Source: a virus (taxonomy: Duplodnaviria; Caudoviricetes). From it: a DNA stretch of 64,000 nucleotides. A program made the translations under genes and the position numbers. Of this stretch, positions 9,307-18,706 are shown piece after piece. Each line of letters opens with the position of its first letter. The first letter of the stretch is position 1. The stretch lies in the IMG/VR virus record IMGVR_UViG_3300043468_001158. One strand, written 5' to 3'. The notes below the pieces were generated by a model. It was not told the DNA's origin. It worked only from the letters and a program-made list of their open reading frames with translations, and ran no database searches.

Positions 9307-10272
9307 ATGAAATCATCAAAAAGCGGCATCTCCAAACTTTGGGTAGCAAAATACCGACCAACAACGATTGAAGATATCATCTTTCAGAATGATACACATC
9401 GAACTTTTTTCCATGAAGTATCAAGTGGGAAACGCGAACTACCTAATCTTTTACTAAGTGGTGTTCAGGGTACAGGTAAGACAACTATTTCCTTAGCTCT
9501 AATAAAAGACCTTAACATTGACCCGCTTGATGTAATGTTGGTGAAATGTTCTGATGAAACAGGTGTTGATAACCTTCGTGATAAAGTTGGTCGTTTTGCA
9601 GAAACAATGCCGATGGGTAACATGAAAGTTGTTAGAATGGAAGAAGCTGATTACTTATCGCACAATGCTCAAGCAGTATTACGTCATATAGTTGAAGATA
9701 ACTCTGATTCTTGTCGGTTTATCTTTACTTGTAACTATGTGAATAAGATTATGCCAGCGTTGAAATCAAGGTTACAACGTTACGAGTTCAAAGCACCTAA
9801 TCAAGAAGACGTCATTATCAAAATGGCTGACATGCTTGAACAAGAAGGAGTATCTTTAGAATCAGAAGAATCAATCATTGCACTTGAAAAAATTGTAAGT
9901 GTCTGCTACCCGGATATTCGTGCAACAATTGAAACATTACAACAAAGTGTTTCAAATAAAAAGCTAACATGGTCAAATGCTAATAGCAGTGATGCGAGTA
10001 ATGATTATAAATTCAAGCTGATTGACTATATTGAAATTGGTGATTTCGATTCTGCACGTGATGTTATTTGTCAAAATGCTCAACGTGAAGAATACGAAGA
10101 ACTCTATCAATTCTTATACCAAAACATTGCAAAAGTTCCAAAGTTCAAATCTGATATTCAATCCCAAAAGCTTGCGGTTATCGGAATTGCAGATTATCTT
10201 GATAAGCATTCAAGGTCAGCATTTCCAGATATTACAATGGCAGCACTTATCAATGCTTTGAGCAACATATAA
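9307..10272 (+). CDS. clamp-loader ATPase subunit (RFC / T4 gp44-like)
   Basis: LWVAKYRPTTIEDII, Walker A GVQGTGKT, Walker B EEAD, FIFTCNY, LKSRL. Confidence 0.93.
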   Translation: MKSSKSGISKLWVAKYRPTTIEDIIFQNDTHRTFFHEVSSGKRELPNLLLSGVQGTGKTTISLALIKDLNIDPLDVMLVKCSDETGVDNLRDKVGRFAETMPMGNMKVVRMEEADYLSHNAQAVLRHIVEDNSDSCRFIFTCNYVNKIMPALKSRLQRYEFKAPNQEDVIIKMADMLEQEGVSLESEESIIALEKIVSVCYPDIRATIETLQQSVSNKKLTWSNANSSDASNDYKFKLIDYIEIGDFDSARDVICQNAQREEYEELYQFLYQNIAKVPKFKSDIQSQKLAVIGIADYLDKHSRSAFPDITMAALINALSNI

Positions 10273-10787
10273 TGAGCACTGTTAAGAAACCTGCCATAGT
10301 GGAAAAGAAAGCATTCAAGCTTGACATCTTTTCGATACTCTCAAGGCTGAATAAGTCTGAATTGGACTTGTGGAATACTTTATCAGAAGAAGAGCAAAAG
10401 GGTTTTTCATCGTATGTGATTACTCGTTGGATGTCAGGAACTAAAGATGCTTATCAACTAACTATCATTGACGAATTTGTCAATAATCATTTGTTCAATC
10501 TTGGCACTAAAGATGGGTTTAAGATTGACCATACTGAACTATTCTGCAAGCTCCTTGCTTGCTGCGGATTGAATGACAGTCGTCGTTTTGTATGGAAACC
10601 TGAAAGTAAGAAAAGTGGTAAGATGTCAAGTATGGCACTTGACATTGTCAAAGAGTATTATGACTTTAGCGAACGAGAGGCAAAGCAATCATTGCCGTTA
10701 CTTTCTAGCGAAGATGTGATACAATTAGCTGAAGAGCTTGGTTATCAAGTCGATGAAATCAAAAAACTCAAAAAGGAGTTAGGATAA
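10272..10787 (+). CDS. probable clamp-loader small subunit (gp62-like)
   Basis: Directly after the gp44-like gene; size and FSSYVITRWMS pattern fit gp62-like proteins. Confidence 0.6.
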   Translation: MSTVKKPAIVEKKAFKLDIFSILSRLNKSELDLWNTLSEEEQKGFSSYVITRWMSGTKDAYQLTIIDEFVNNHLFNLGTKDGFKIDHTELFCKLLACCGLNDSRRFVWKPESKKSGKMSSMALDIVKEYYDFSEREAKQSLPLLSSEDVIQLAEELGYQVDEIKKLKKELG

Positions 10788-10973
10788 ATGTGTATTTCTG
10801 CTGGTATAGTAGTTATGTTATTAGTTGTTTTTGTAGTTGGACTAGTCGGAGTTTTGATTTTTGAATCTGACAAAAGTCACATATCTTATGGAGATAGAGA
10901 CATGGCTAAATGTACTCGTCGAGAGTTCATTAAAAAGTCAGGTATCAATCTATCAAAGAAAGATGATATCTGA
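10788..10973 (+). CDS. small membrane-anchored hypothetical protein
   Basis: Hydrophobic N-terminus, AGGA RBS. Confidence 0.45.
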   Translation: MCISAGIVVMLLVVFVVGLVGVLIFESDKSHISYGDRDMAKCTRREFIKKSGINLSKKDDI

Positions 10974-11051
10974 TATCTTTGCACTTTATTTGATTATATC
11001 ATGTATAGTTATTCTATACTCTTGTGCTGAATATTATTTCAAGAATCGAAA

Positions 11052-11660
11052 ATGAACTCACTTCAAAGACGTAAAATTGCAAGACGTTATTTTCAGATAA
11101 CGTCTGAAGAACTGAATGGAAAGTTGTGGGATACTGACATGGACTTGCATGAAGAATCCTCTTGGGCATTCTGTCGTTTCCTATCACGTCGTTTTCAATG
11201 TGTGTATATTCTGTCAATTCATACGGCTGCTCAAGTCTATCATGACAAGATTTTTGATAGAGCTTATGATGATGTCATTGCTCAATCGCGTACTGAAACT
11301 GACCAAGCAGTCGATATCATGGCAAAAGTCAAAGTACGTATGCAAGAGATTGTCGAGTCTGAACCTGCTCCTCTCATTCATGTAGAACTACGTGAAGATA
11401 GAGGACCTAAACATCGTATTGGTCGTAAAGTATTGTTTGCGGTTGTCAGAGAGCAAGTGATTACTGAAGAGCTCATTACTAAAGTCGTATCAAACTTCTT
11501 GGATACTAATGAAGAGCCTTATTGCAAAGTGCTGCCGATAGAATTTGATAAGCAAACCATGATACAATATCTAGACCCATTCAAACTTACTAGAGAAAGT
11601 GACAATCAACATGAGTCTTCAAATAATGGATGCAAATGCCCTAAAGAACAAAGCTGCTAA
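11052..11660 (+). CDS. hypothetical protein
   Basis: 202-aa ORF in the replication cluster. Confidence 0.65.
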   Translation: MNSLQRRKIARRYFQITSEELNGKLWDTDMDLHEESSWAFCRFLSRRFQCVYILSIHTAAQVYHDKIFDRAYDDVIAQSRTETDQAVDIMAKVKVRMQEIVESEPAPLIHVELREDRGPKHRIGRKVLFAVVREQVITEELITKVVSNFLDTNEEPYCKVLPIEFDKQTMIQYLDPFKLTRESDNQHESSNNGCKCPKEQSC

Positions 11661-12369
11661 TAGACGAGCAGCTTCAAGTGCGAACTCAACCCCTAAATTA
11701 GCAGGATGGAAATGTAACTATTGCGGACACGTATATGCTCGTGAGAAATCATTCTTGTCTCATGTATGTAAAGGTAAAAGACGATTAGAGACAATGAAGA
11801 CTGTCATCGGTCAATCTGCGTTTGCAAGTTACAATATGTGGATGAAGCTACGAAGACATTCAGTTCAATCGCCCGATACGTTTATGTCCTCTCGCTTCTT
11901 TATCAACTTTGTAAAGTTTGCAGAATTATGTTCAAAAATTGAACTTGATGCAAACCAGTTTCTTACATTCATTGTCAAGAACCATCCTGATATTGGACCT
12001 GCATTATTTTGTAGTGATGCAGTGTATGCGTTATGGCTAAAGAACTATGATGCCCAACTTGACCCATGGGAGCAGTTAGCTCAATCACAGGAATATCTTG
12101 AACGATTAGCTGAAACACTAGAATGTCCATTTACTGAGGTGTTATCTCGCTTAGGATTTCCCACAGTGCTTGAAGCATTTAGAAAGAAAAAGTTATCTCC
12201 TTGGTTTCTATATGTGAGTAACATTGGTAGAGAGTTTCTTAATAATATTGACAAAGATGATTATTCATTATTTGAACAGGTTATCAATCATGCAGTTTGG
12301 GCTGAAAGATTTGCACAAAATCGCGAGTTACTCGCTGAAATGGATAAAGTAATCAATGTCGGAAACTAA
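11599..12369 (+). CDS. zinc-finger protein (C2H2-like) in the replication cluster
   Basis: CNYCGHVYAREKSFLSHVC; real start may be ATG 11626. Confidence 0.7.
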   Translation: MTINMSLQIMDANALKNKAANRRAASSANSTPKLAGWKCNYCGHVYAREKSFLSHVCKGKRRLETMKTVIGQSAFASYNMWMKLRRHSVQSPDTFMSSRFFINFVKFAELCSKIELDANQFLTFIVKNHPDIGPALFCSDAVYALWLKNYDAQLDPWEQLAQSQEYLERLAETLECPFTEVLSRLGFPTVLEAFRKKKLSPWFLYVSNIGREFLNNIDKDDYSLFEQVINHAVWAERFAQNRELLAEMDKVINVGN

Positions 12370-12955
12370 TGTTTCTTATTTTGGTGATGTTGATATTGAC
12401 TTCCCAACAAAGTTCAAACCACTCAACTTATTCCCAAATTGGATACCAGCTAGTATTGTTCAGAATGAAAAACTTAGACCGCATCCTTGTGGCATCTATC
12501 CACAAAACATTCCAATTGACCCGCTAACAAAACTGGCCGCAATTCCATATGAAGAAGCTGATGAATATGGATATTTCAAGTTAGACTTTCTTCATCTTTC
12601 AGTTTACGATAAGTTTGAATCTCGTGAAGAAATCGAAGAACTGCTAACTATTGAACCTGATTGGAACTTGTTATTGATTCCATCAAATTGGTCTAAGCTT
12701 TTTCAAATGAGCAGACATGGTGAGTTATTACAACGATTACGACCTCGCTCGATAGAAGATGTTGCCGATGCTATAGCGTTGATTAGACCCGGGAAAATTG
12801 AACTACTTCCATTGTATCTTAATGATAAAGCCAAAGGTCGAGCGGCTCTTTATAAACAAGATGCATCTGGTTTTTCATTCAAAAAGAGCCATGCTATTGG
12901 ATATGCTCTTGTCATAGTTTTGCAACTACATTTACTTTCGCTCGAACTGTTATAG
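12356..12955 (+). CDS. DnaE-like fragment B, catalytic palm plus fingers remnant
   Basis: GDVDIDF (DnaE PDFDVDF), HPCGIY (HAGGVV), FKLDFL (KFDFL), FKKSHAIGY (FNKSHSAAY). Confidence 0.87.
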   Translation: MSETNVSYFGDVDIDFPTKFKPLNLFPNWIPASIVQNEKLRPHPCGIYPQNIPIDPLTKLAAIPYEEADEYGYFKLDFLHLSVYDKFESREEIEELLTIEPDWNLLLIPSNWSKLFQMSRHGELLQRLRPRSIEDVADAIALIRPGKIELLPLYLNDKAKGRAALYKQDASGFSFKKSHAIGYALVIVLQLHLLSLELL

Positions 12956-12982
12956 ACTTCACATTTTCAAGTAAGCTGACTA

Positions 12983-13010
12983 TTTACATTGATTTTTATT
13001 GATGTATAAT
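12983..13010 (+). promoter_or_regulatory. sigma70-like early promoter
   Basis: TTTACA-N16-TATAAT with TG before the -10. Confidence 0.65.
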
Positions 13011-13046
13011 AGAACTATATTCAAACAATAGCGTGGAGAACTCCAG

Positions 13047-13355
13047 ATGGACATTTCAGAATGCATCACAAGAAACTTGGTTCGTGAATTCAATTATGTT
13101 GGTGTTCATATTGGTGAAAGCGATGAAAATTTATTAGCCATTTATGTCGATGAAATCCCTTATGGTGGTGATGCATTGATTATGACTGAAATTGCTAAAG
13201 TCATTGCTCAATGCGTTGGTCATAAAGATTTGTTGAACATGTCAGTTCAAGTCGCACCATTTACTGAAACTGTCAATGCTATTTTTACTGTACATTACGA
13301 TTTCTTCAAAGAGGAAGAAGTTGTTGTTGATTTTTACGATGATGAAGAGGAGTAA
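13047..13355 (+). CDS. acidic hypothetical protein
   Basis: GGAGA RBS, follows a promoter. Confidence 0.65.
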   Translation: MDISECITRNLVREFNYVGVHIGESDENLLAIYVDEIPYGGDALIMTEIAKVIAQCVGHKDLLNMSVQVAPFTETVNAIFTVHYDFFKEEEVVVDFYDDEEE

Positions 13356-13727
13356 GTGAATATGCTAATTGGTGCCAATGAAGAAAGATATGTAAATCCT
13401 GTTTGTACAGCAACAGTTCTAAAAGCATTATTGCTTGGACACGAAATTACGATTGAAGCTGGTACGTTTCGTTATTTTCGTAAAGGTGAAGTTGTCGATT
13501 TGACTGAAGATACTGTTGGCGAAGTGGCTGAAGAAGGTATCTTCAAAAAATGCGAAGTTGTTCATTATCGTCGCCCGCTCAATAAACATCTTGATGAAGC
13601 TGAAACATCTCATACATGGTTACTATGGTTGAGTACTCTTGCCAGCTTCGTATCTTGGACTGAAACTATTACTCCGGCAGAAATGGCCGTCATTACAGCA
13701 AATCTGGTTATCAATCAAAAATTATGA
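13356..13727 (+). CDS. hypothetical protein
   Basis: GGAG RBS; coupled to the next gene. Confidence 0.6.
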   Translation: MNMLIGANEERYVNPVCTATVLKALLLGHEITIEAGTFRYFRKGEVVDLTEDTVGEVAEEGIFKKCEVVHYRRPLNKHLDEAETSHTWLLWLSTLASFVSWTETITPAEMAVITANLVINQKL

Positions 13728-14743
13728 GTGAAACTAATCTAATCAAATTCCGTTTCGGTTCTGCACTATATGGAACCGATGATGAATCGTCCGATATCGA
13801 TTCCAAGATGGTTTACTTGCCAGATTACGGCAAGTTATTGCTTGGACACAAAATCAAAAACCGGGTTGTACGTGATGTAAAGCCTAACGAAAAGATGAAT
13901 GCCGGTGAAGAAGAAATCGAATTTATTCCTCTTCAACGATTGGCGTTCGACTTTTTCGAAGGTCAAAGCTATGCGTATGAACTTGTCTTTGCATTCAAAA
14001 GTGGTGCTCATAACTATCGGTTTCAGTATGATAGTTCGGCACATTGGTTGAATGCATACTTTACTGCGTTGTTCAGTGAATTCATCAATGAACTCAGCAC
14101 TAAGTTTTTGACATCTGACATTTCCAAAATGGTCGGCTATGCAGCTCATCAAGCTCAAGTATATGGTGTCAAAGGTGAGCGACTGAATGCAGTTGAGCGA
14201 TTGATTGAAGAACTTGAAAAAGTTGAAAATCCACAAGAAACTCGTATCAAAGACGTAGAGCTTCCATTGACTGTGCTCAATGGTTACGTTCATTATTCGT
14301 ACATCAAAGGTTCTAATGAAGAATACAAAGATACGTTAGCTCTTCAAGTCAATGACCGATACTATCACCAAACTGAACGGGTGTCTAATGTCATTGGAGC
14401 TTTGAAGAAACTTGTTGAAAAGTACGGTCATCGTGCTAAGAAAGCTCAAGAACAAGAAGTTGATTGGAAAGCTCTATCTCATGCTATTCGTATTGCCTAT
14501 CAAGCAACTGAAATCTTGGGTGCTCAAGAACTAAGGTTTCCTCTTGAGATTGCCGACTACTTGCTTGCAGTCAAAAGAGGTCGTGTCGAATTTGAAGATG
14601 CTGTGCATAGTTTTGAAATGCTAAATACTACAATGGATAAATTGTTGGAAACAACTAAACTTCCATCTAAAACGCCAGAACTAAAAGAAGAATTTGAAGT
14701 CTGGCTTATCACGTATTTAAAATCATTCTATGCACAAATCTAA
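13724..14743 (+). CDS. pol-beta superfamily nucleotidyltransferase (RlaP/YcgL-like)
   Basis: FGSALYGTDDESSDID (GS..YG.....SDxD); helical C-terminus with DWKALSHAIR. Confidence 0.8.
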   Translation: MSETNLIKFRFGSALYGTDDESSDIDSKMVYLPDYGKLLLGHKIKNRVVRDVKPNEKMNAGEEEIEFIPLQRLAFDFFEGQSYAYELVFAFKSGAHNYRFQYDSSAHWLNAYFTALFSEFINELSTKFLTSDISKMVGYAAHQAQVYGVKGERLNAVERLIEELEKVENPQETRIKDVELPLTVLNGYVHYSYIKGSNEEYKDTLALQVNDRYYHQTERVSNVIGALKKLVEKYGHRAKKAQEQEVDWKALSHAIRIAYQATEILGAQELRFPLEIADYLLAVKRGRVEFEDAVHSFEMLNTTMDKLLETTKLPSKTPELKEEFEVWLITYLKSFYAQI

Positions 14744-14760
14744 TAAGGAGAAACACAAAA

Positions 14761-14958
14761 ATGCTATACGATTATGGTTGCCCATCTTGCGGTCATGAAC
14801 AGGAAATCAATCACAAACATGATGACAAAACTCAACATCATTGCCCAAAGTGTGATACAATAATGTCTAAAATTATACGTGCTTCTGCATTCAACTTACG
14901 TGGTGCGGGTTGGCATTCCGGCGGTTTCAAAGCAAAATCAAAAACACTATCATCATGA
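14761..14958 (+). CDS. FmdB-like zinc-ribbon protein
   Basis: MLYDYGCPSC...CPKC...FNLRGAGWH. Confidence 0.8.
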   Translation: MLYDYGCPSCGHEQEINHKHDDKTQHHCPKCDTIMSKIIRASAFNLRGAGWHSGGFKAKSKTLSS

Positions 14959-15140
14959 ACTTGAACTTAGACATTGGCACGATAAGTGCTGTTATTTTTT
15001 GCTATTCGGTTTTCTTTCTTGGAATGGCTATCATCGTTCCTCTTGGAGCTATTGCATTGACAATAGCTCTTAGGGACCCTCGACCGGTTGCAAAGTTTCT
15101 GTATGACTCATTCTATCCACGTGATTTTCTAAAGTCCTAA
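14955..15140 (+). CDS. small membrane protein
   Basis: ATGA overlap with previous gene; long hydrophobic stretch. Confidence 0.55.
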   Translation: MNLNLDIGTISAVIFCYSVFFLGMAIIVPLGAIALTIALRDPRPVAKFLYDSFYPRDFLKS

Positions 15141-15141
15141 T

Positions 15142-15321
15142 ATGTTTTTTGCTATTCTAGATTTTATCTTAGAAGCAATAGCAGTCATTGTTGGTGGAGC
15201 TTTGTTGGTTTGCTTTCTGGCAATTCTTGCATTTGGATTTGTATTACATGATGTCTATCGTTTGATATGTCATCGACTTTTTCAAACTTATTATCATGTC
15301 AGGTATAAACTATATGATTGA
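15142..15321 (+). CDS. small membrane protein (59 aa, absent from ORF track)
   Basis: MFFAILDFILEAIAVIVGGALLVCFLAILAFGFVLHD...; starts 1 nt after the previous stop. Confidence 0.5.
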   Translation: MFFAILDFILEAIAVIVGGALLVCFLAILAFGFVLHDVYRLICHRLFQTYYHVRYKLYD

Positions 15322-15428
15322 CCTTATCGATTCTTTTGTATTATGGGTCGCAATGGCAATATTGCCTAGTGCTGATTTTTTTGCTGTTGCTTATCACTTA
15401 CAATCAATTGAGTTCTATGACACCGACA

Positions 15429-16496
15429 ATGAATACTAATACTTCACATCATCGTCGATTCATCTTCGACTTTGATGATACTATTTCTCACACATTTAAC
15501 CGTGACTGGGATAATGCAGAACCTGACCAAGTAGTCATTGACAAAATCAATGAGCTGTTTGAAAACGGGTTTGAAATCTGGATTTGTACTGCCAGGGGAA
15601 TGCTTTCTTGTAATGGTGACTTAGCTCTTCGTGAAAAGACTTATAGAACAAGCATTGAAACTTGGCTAAGAAACCATAATGTTCATTATCATGTCTTGTC
15701 ATTTGAAAAAGTATTAGGCGCATATTATGTCGATGATAAAGCGATACACGTCAATGATTTCAAGAAGATGTCATTCAAAATCCTCCACGGTCTTTCGGGC
15801 ACTGACGTCTTTATTACTGACGAAAAGTTTGTCAGTAAGACATGTGAGAATGCACTTCAGGTTGCAGCATGGCACGAACGAGCACGTGACCTCCAAATCC
15901 GCGTACCTAAAGTCCATTCAGTTATTGGCAAAACTCTAAACATGGATTACATCAAAGGTGAAAGGTATAAACCTGGAACCTTTATCCATAAGTTGCGACT
16001 TCAAATTGACGACTTTAGAAACTATCGTCCAATGCATCATGCGGATTTTGCTACTTATATTGAACGCATTCAAGCTCACTTAGATGAATCTGAATTGTCT
16101 AGTGTAGCAAAAGAATTGATGATTGAAAAACTTGAGTCAATCGAACACCATATGAACAAAGAAAAGAGCTTTTGTCATGGTGACTATTCGATTGATAATG
16201 TTATCATTACCTCTCACGGTTGGTATTTGATTGACCCTAATCCAACTGATTATTCAAGCTGGTTATTAGACTTGTCTAAGTTGAAGATGTCATTGTATCG
16301 CTTTGGTTATGATGATGATTATGAAACACTGTCAGACAAGATACTTGGACACTATGGAATGGCTCATAATGATGCAATTTTTACATTAGAGCTTTCGCAT
16401 TGGGTTAGAATACTCAAGTATGTTAGACATTTGCCAAACCAACAATCACTTTACAATAAAGCCTTTGTTACAATAGAACATGGAGTTCATGTATGA
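15429..16496 (+). CDS. HAD phosphatase fused to an APH/choline-kinase-fold kinase
   Basis: N-domain FIFDFDDTI ... YYVDDKA; C-domain FCHGDYSIDN ... YLIDPN; start ATG 15429 preferred over the track's TTG 15318. Confidence 0.8.
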   Translation: MNTNTSHHRRFIFDFDDTISHTFNRDWDNAEPDQVVIDKINELFENGFEIWICTARGMLSCNGDLALREKTYRTSIETWLRNHNVHYHVLSFEKVLGAYYVDDKAIHVNDFKKMSFKILHGLSGTDVFITDEKFVSKTCENALQVAAWHERARDLQIRVPKVHSVIGKTLNMDYIKGERYKPGTFIHKLRLQIDDFRNYRPMHHADFATYIERIQAHLDESELSSVAKELMIEKLESIEHHMNKEKSFCHGDYSIDNVIITSHGWYLIDPNPTDYSSWLLDLSKLKMSLYRFGYDDDYETLSDKILGHYGMAHNDAIFTLELSHWVRILKYVRHLPNQQSLYNKAFVTIEHGVHV

Positions 16497-16996
16497 CATC
16501 AATCAAACCTCTTGAAATCATTGAACGCGAACGTAAAGCTGGTCGTAAGATTGGAATGACGTTCAGCACATTTGACGTTTTGCATGCAGGTCATGTAGCA
16601 ATGTTAGCTGAATGTAAAGCTCATTGCGATTTTTTAGTCGTTGGTTTGCTATCTGACCCGACTATTGATAGACCGACATCTAAGAACAAACCAGTGCAAT
16701 CTCTCTTTGAACGTTGGGTACAAGCTCAGGCGATTTCATACATTGATTTACTATTTCCATTTGAGTCCGAACAAGACTTGACTGATAGCTTATTGCTAAT
16801 AAGACCTGACATTCGATTTGCTGGTGAAGAATATGAGTATGTTGAATATACTGCAAAAAAATTGAATGAAGAATTGGGAATAGAAATGTTCTTCAATAGA
16901 CGAGCTCATTCTTTCTCTACATCAGAACTTAGGCAACGAATTGCTGATGCAGCACTTGCTAAACAACAATTATCTGGTACTCTATATCAATTATGA
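16493..16996 (+). CDS. cytidylyltransferase-like nucleotidyltransferase (TagD / RfaE-II fold)
   Basis: FSTFDVLHAGH (HxGH), LVVGL.SD, HSFSTSELR. Confidence 0.88.
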   Translation: MTSIKPLEIIERERKAGRKIGMTFSTFDVLHAGHVAMLAECKAHCDFLVVGLLSDPTIDRPTSKNKPVQSLFERWVQAQAISYIDLLFPFESEQDLTDSLLLIRPDIRFAGEEYEYVEYTAKKLNEELGIEMFFNRRAHSFSTSELRQRIADAALAKQQLSGTLYQL

Positions 16997-17487
16997 ACAA
17001 ACCAACTATCTTTCTTGATATGGATGGGGTTCTTAGTGACTTTGAAAAAGCAGTCATTGAGCTTCATGGTCCTAATTATAAAGACTTACATCCTGTTACG
17101 TTTTGGAAACCAATCACAAAACAAATTGACAACTTCTTCTATACATTAGACCCAAAGCATGATGCATTAGAACTAGTTGAATATGTCAAAGAAATTGATG
17201 GATATGACATCAAAGTATTGACAGCTCTTCCACGACCTACTGATAAAGCTGTCACTGCGGGTCAAGACAAAACTAACTGGATTCATAAACACATTGACAG
17301 TACGTTAGAAGTCATTACAGTTATTGGCGGAAAAAACAAAGCTAAATACTGTAAGTCATCTGAAGATATTTTGATTGATGACTTACCGCGAAACATTGAT
17401 GCATGGAAAGAAACAGGTGGAATTGGAGTACTTCATACTTCAACATTAGAAACAATTCAACAATTAGAAAAAATCATATATGTATAA
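16993..17487 (+). CDS. HAD 5'(3')-deoxyribonucleotidase-like
   Basis: IFLDMDGVLSDF, VLTA, K..W, ILIDD...NIDAW. Confidence 0.85.
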   Translation: MNKPTIFLDMDGVLSDFEKAVIELHGPNYKDLHPVTFWKPITKQIDNFFYTLDPKHDALELVEYVKEIDGYDIKVLTALPRPTDKAVTAGQDKTNWIHKHIDSTLEVITVIGGKNKAKYCKSSEDILIDDLPRNIDAWKETGGIGVLHTSTLETIQQLEKIIYV

Positions 17488-18706
17488 AATCGGTTTTACT
17501 CATTTAGGAAAGTCTAAGAAATTTGAACGTGACATTTCTTCAGTCGATAATGACTTTCAGACTCTTATTATCAACATAGCAAGAAATAATCCTGACGATA
17601 TGTTCTATGCGTTACAGTGTAGAGGGGATGCATCTAACAAACGGTTGTTTCCAAATCAAAATGTTACGTTTATTCCGTCATCAAAGAATGATGATAACTT
17701 TATTGATAATGACCCTGGTTTGGATTTACTTATTCTCTATACTGGTATTTCGGCTCCTGGTGTCAATATCAACAATATGACTGTTGATAAGAATGACCCG
17801 ACTAAAAGACAGCAGGTCAAGTTTCAAATGGTTGCAAGATATTGCTCGCCATTATTGAAATGGATAAATCATTCTAAAGTCAAATACATTGCTTTTTCTA
17901 ATGACCCACGAAATTGTGAGTTACGTGTTTTAGATTTACATCATAGACCAATGAGACACTTTTCTCAATCTACTTGGGAAGTTGAATTGCCAAAAATGAT
18001 TTCATATGATGATAGAACTAAAATACTTTTTACAAGTAAGGTTGAGTATTGGCCAATTGAGCAAATCAAACTTTGTGACATAAAAACAGACCATCGAGAT
18101 TCTTTAGAAAAAACAACTTTATTTGGATTGATTTGTAATGAAGGTTCTGAAGAATACGAAAGACAGGGTGTCAATCAACGTTGGCCTATTCTAAAAGATT
18201 GGATTCTTAATTCTTCTAATCAAGATATTGAAATCTATGGTAAGTGGAATCAGAAGTATTTAGACCAAGATTCCCGAATGAAAGGAAGCATTCCTTTTCT
18301 AGAACTACAAGAAAGAATCAAACATTGGAAGTATTCGGTTTGTATTCCAATCAAAGATGGCTGGGTTACAGGTAAATACTGCGAGTTGATTCAACATAAG
18401 ATTGTTCCGTTTCTTTATCCTGGATATGATTCACAACGTTTAGTCAATTTCCCTGAAATACTTCGTCTCGAAAAACCAGAAGATTTATGGGAACGAATTG
18501 AGTTCTTTGAAGAATTCCCTGAAGAATACGATATCTTATGGAAAGAACTTGATGAGCTAGTTTTGAATGACGATGTTATCACTGGTAAAAATATCAATGA
18601 ATTTGTTTATTCATTTCTTACCGATGATTATGTGTTCAAATATACTCCGCCCAAATACTACAATTGGACGGATTACTTTGATTCGCATGTATTAAGGTTT
18701 GATTAA
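17480..18706 (+). CDS. GT-B glycosyltransferase resembling T4 DNA beta-glucosyltransferase
   Basis: Segments recall T4 BGT as remembered: YIAFSNDPRN ~ YYLFTDIRL, EYWPIEQIKL ~ EYFPIEQYKI, PFLYPGYDSQRLV ~ MLIDEEFDTKHRI, KPEDLWERIEFF ~ NRAELIDRVNEL. Confidence 0.65.
   Translation: MYKIGFTHLGKSKKFERDISSVDNDFQTLIINIARNNPDDMFYALQCRGDASNKRLFPNQNVTFIPSSKNDDNFIDNDPGLDLLILYTGISAPGVNINNMTVDKNDPTKRQQVKFQMVARYCSPLLKWINHSKVKYIAFSNDPRNCELRVLDLHHRPMRHFSQSTWEVELPKMISYDDRTKILFTSKVEYWPIEQIKLCDIKTDHRDSLEKTTLFGLICNEGSEEYERQGVNQRWPILKDWILNSSNQDIEIYGKWNQKYLDQDSRMKGSIPFLELQERIKHWKYSVCIPIKDGWVTGKYCELIQHKIVPFLYPGYDSQRLVNFPEILRLEKPEDLWERIEFFEEFPEEYDILWKELDELVLNDDVITGKNINEFVYSFLTDDYVFKYTPPKYYNWTDYFDSHVLRFD

Noticed and set aside
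15318-15428. N-terminal hydrophobic extension of the HAD-kinase (track start TTG 15318)
   Set aside because: This interval is better explained by two small overlapping ORFs; the HAD motif begins soon after ATG 15429.
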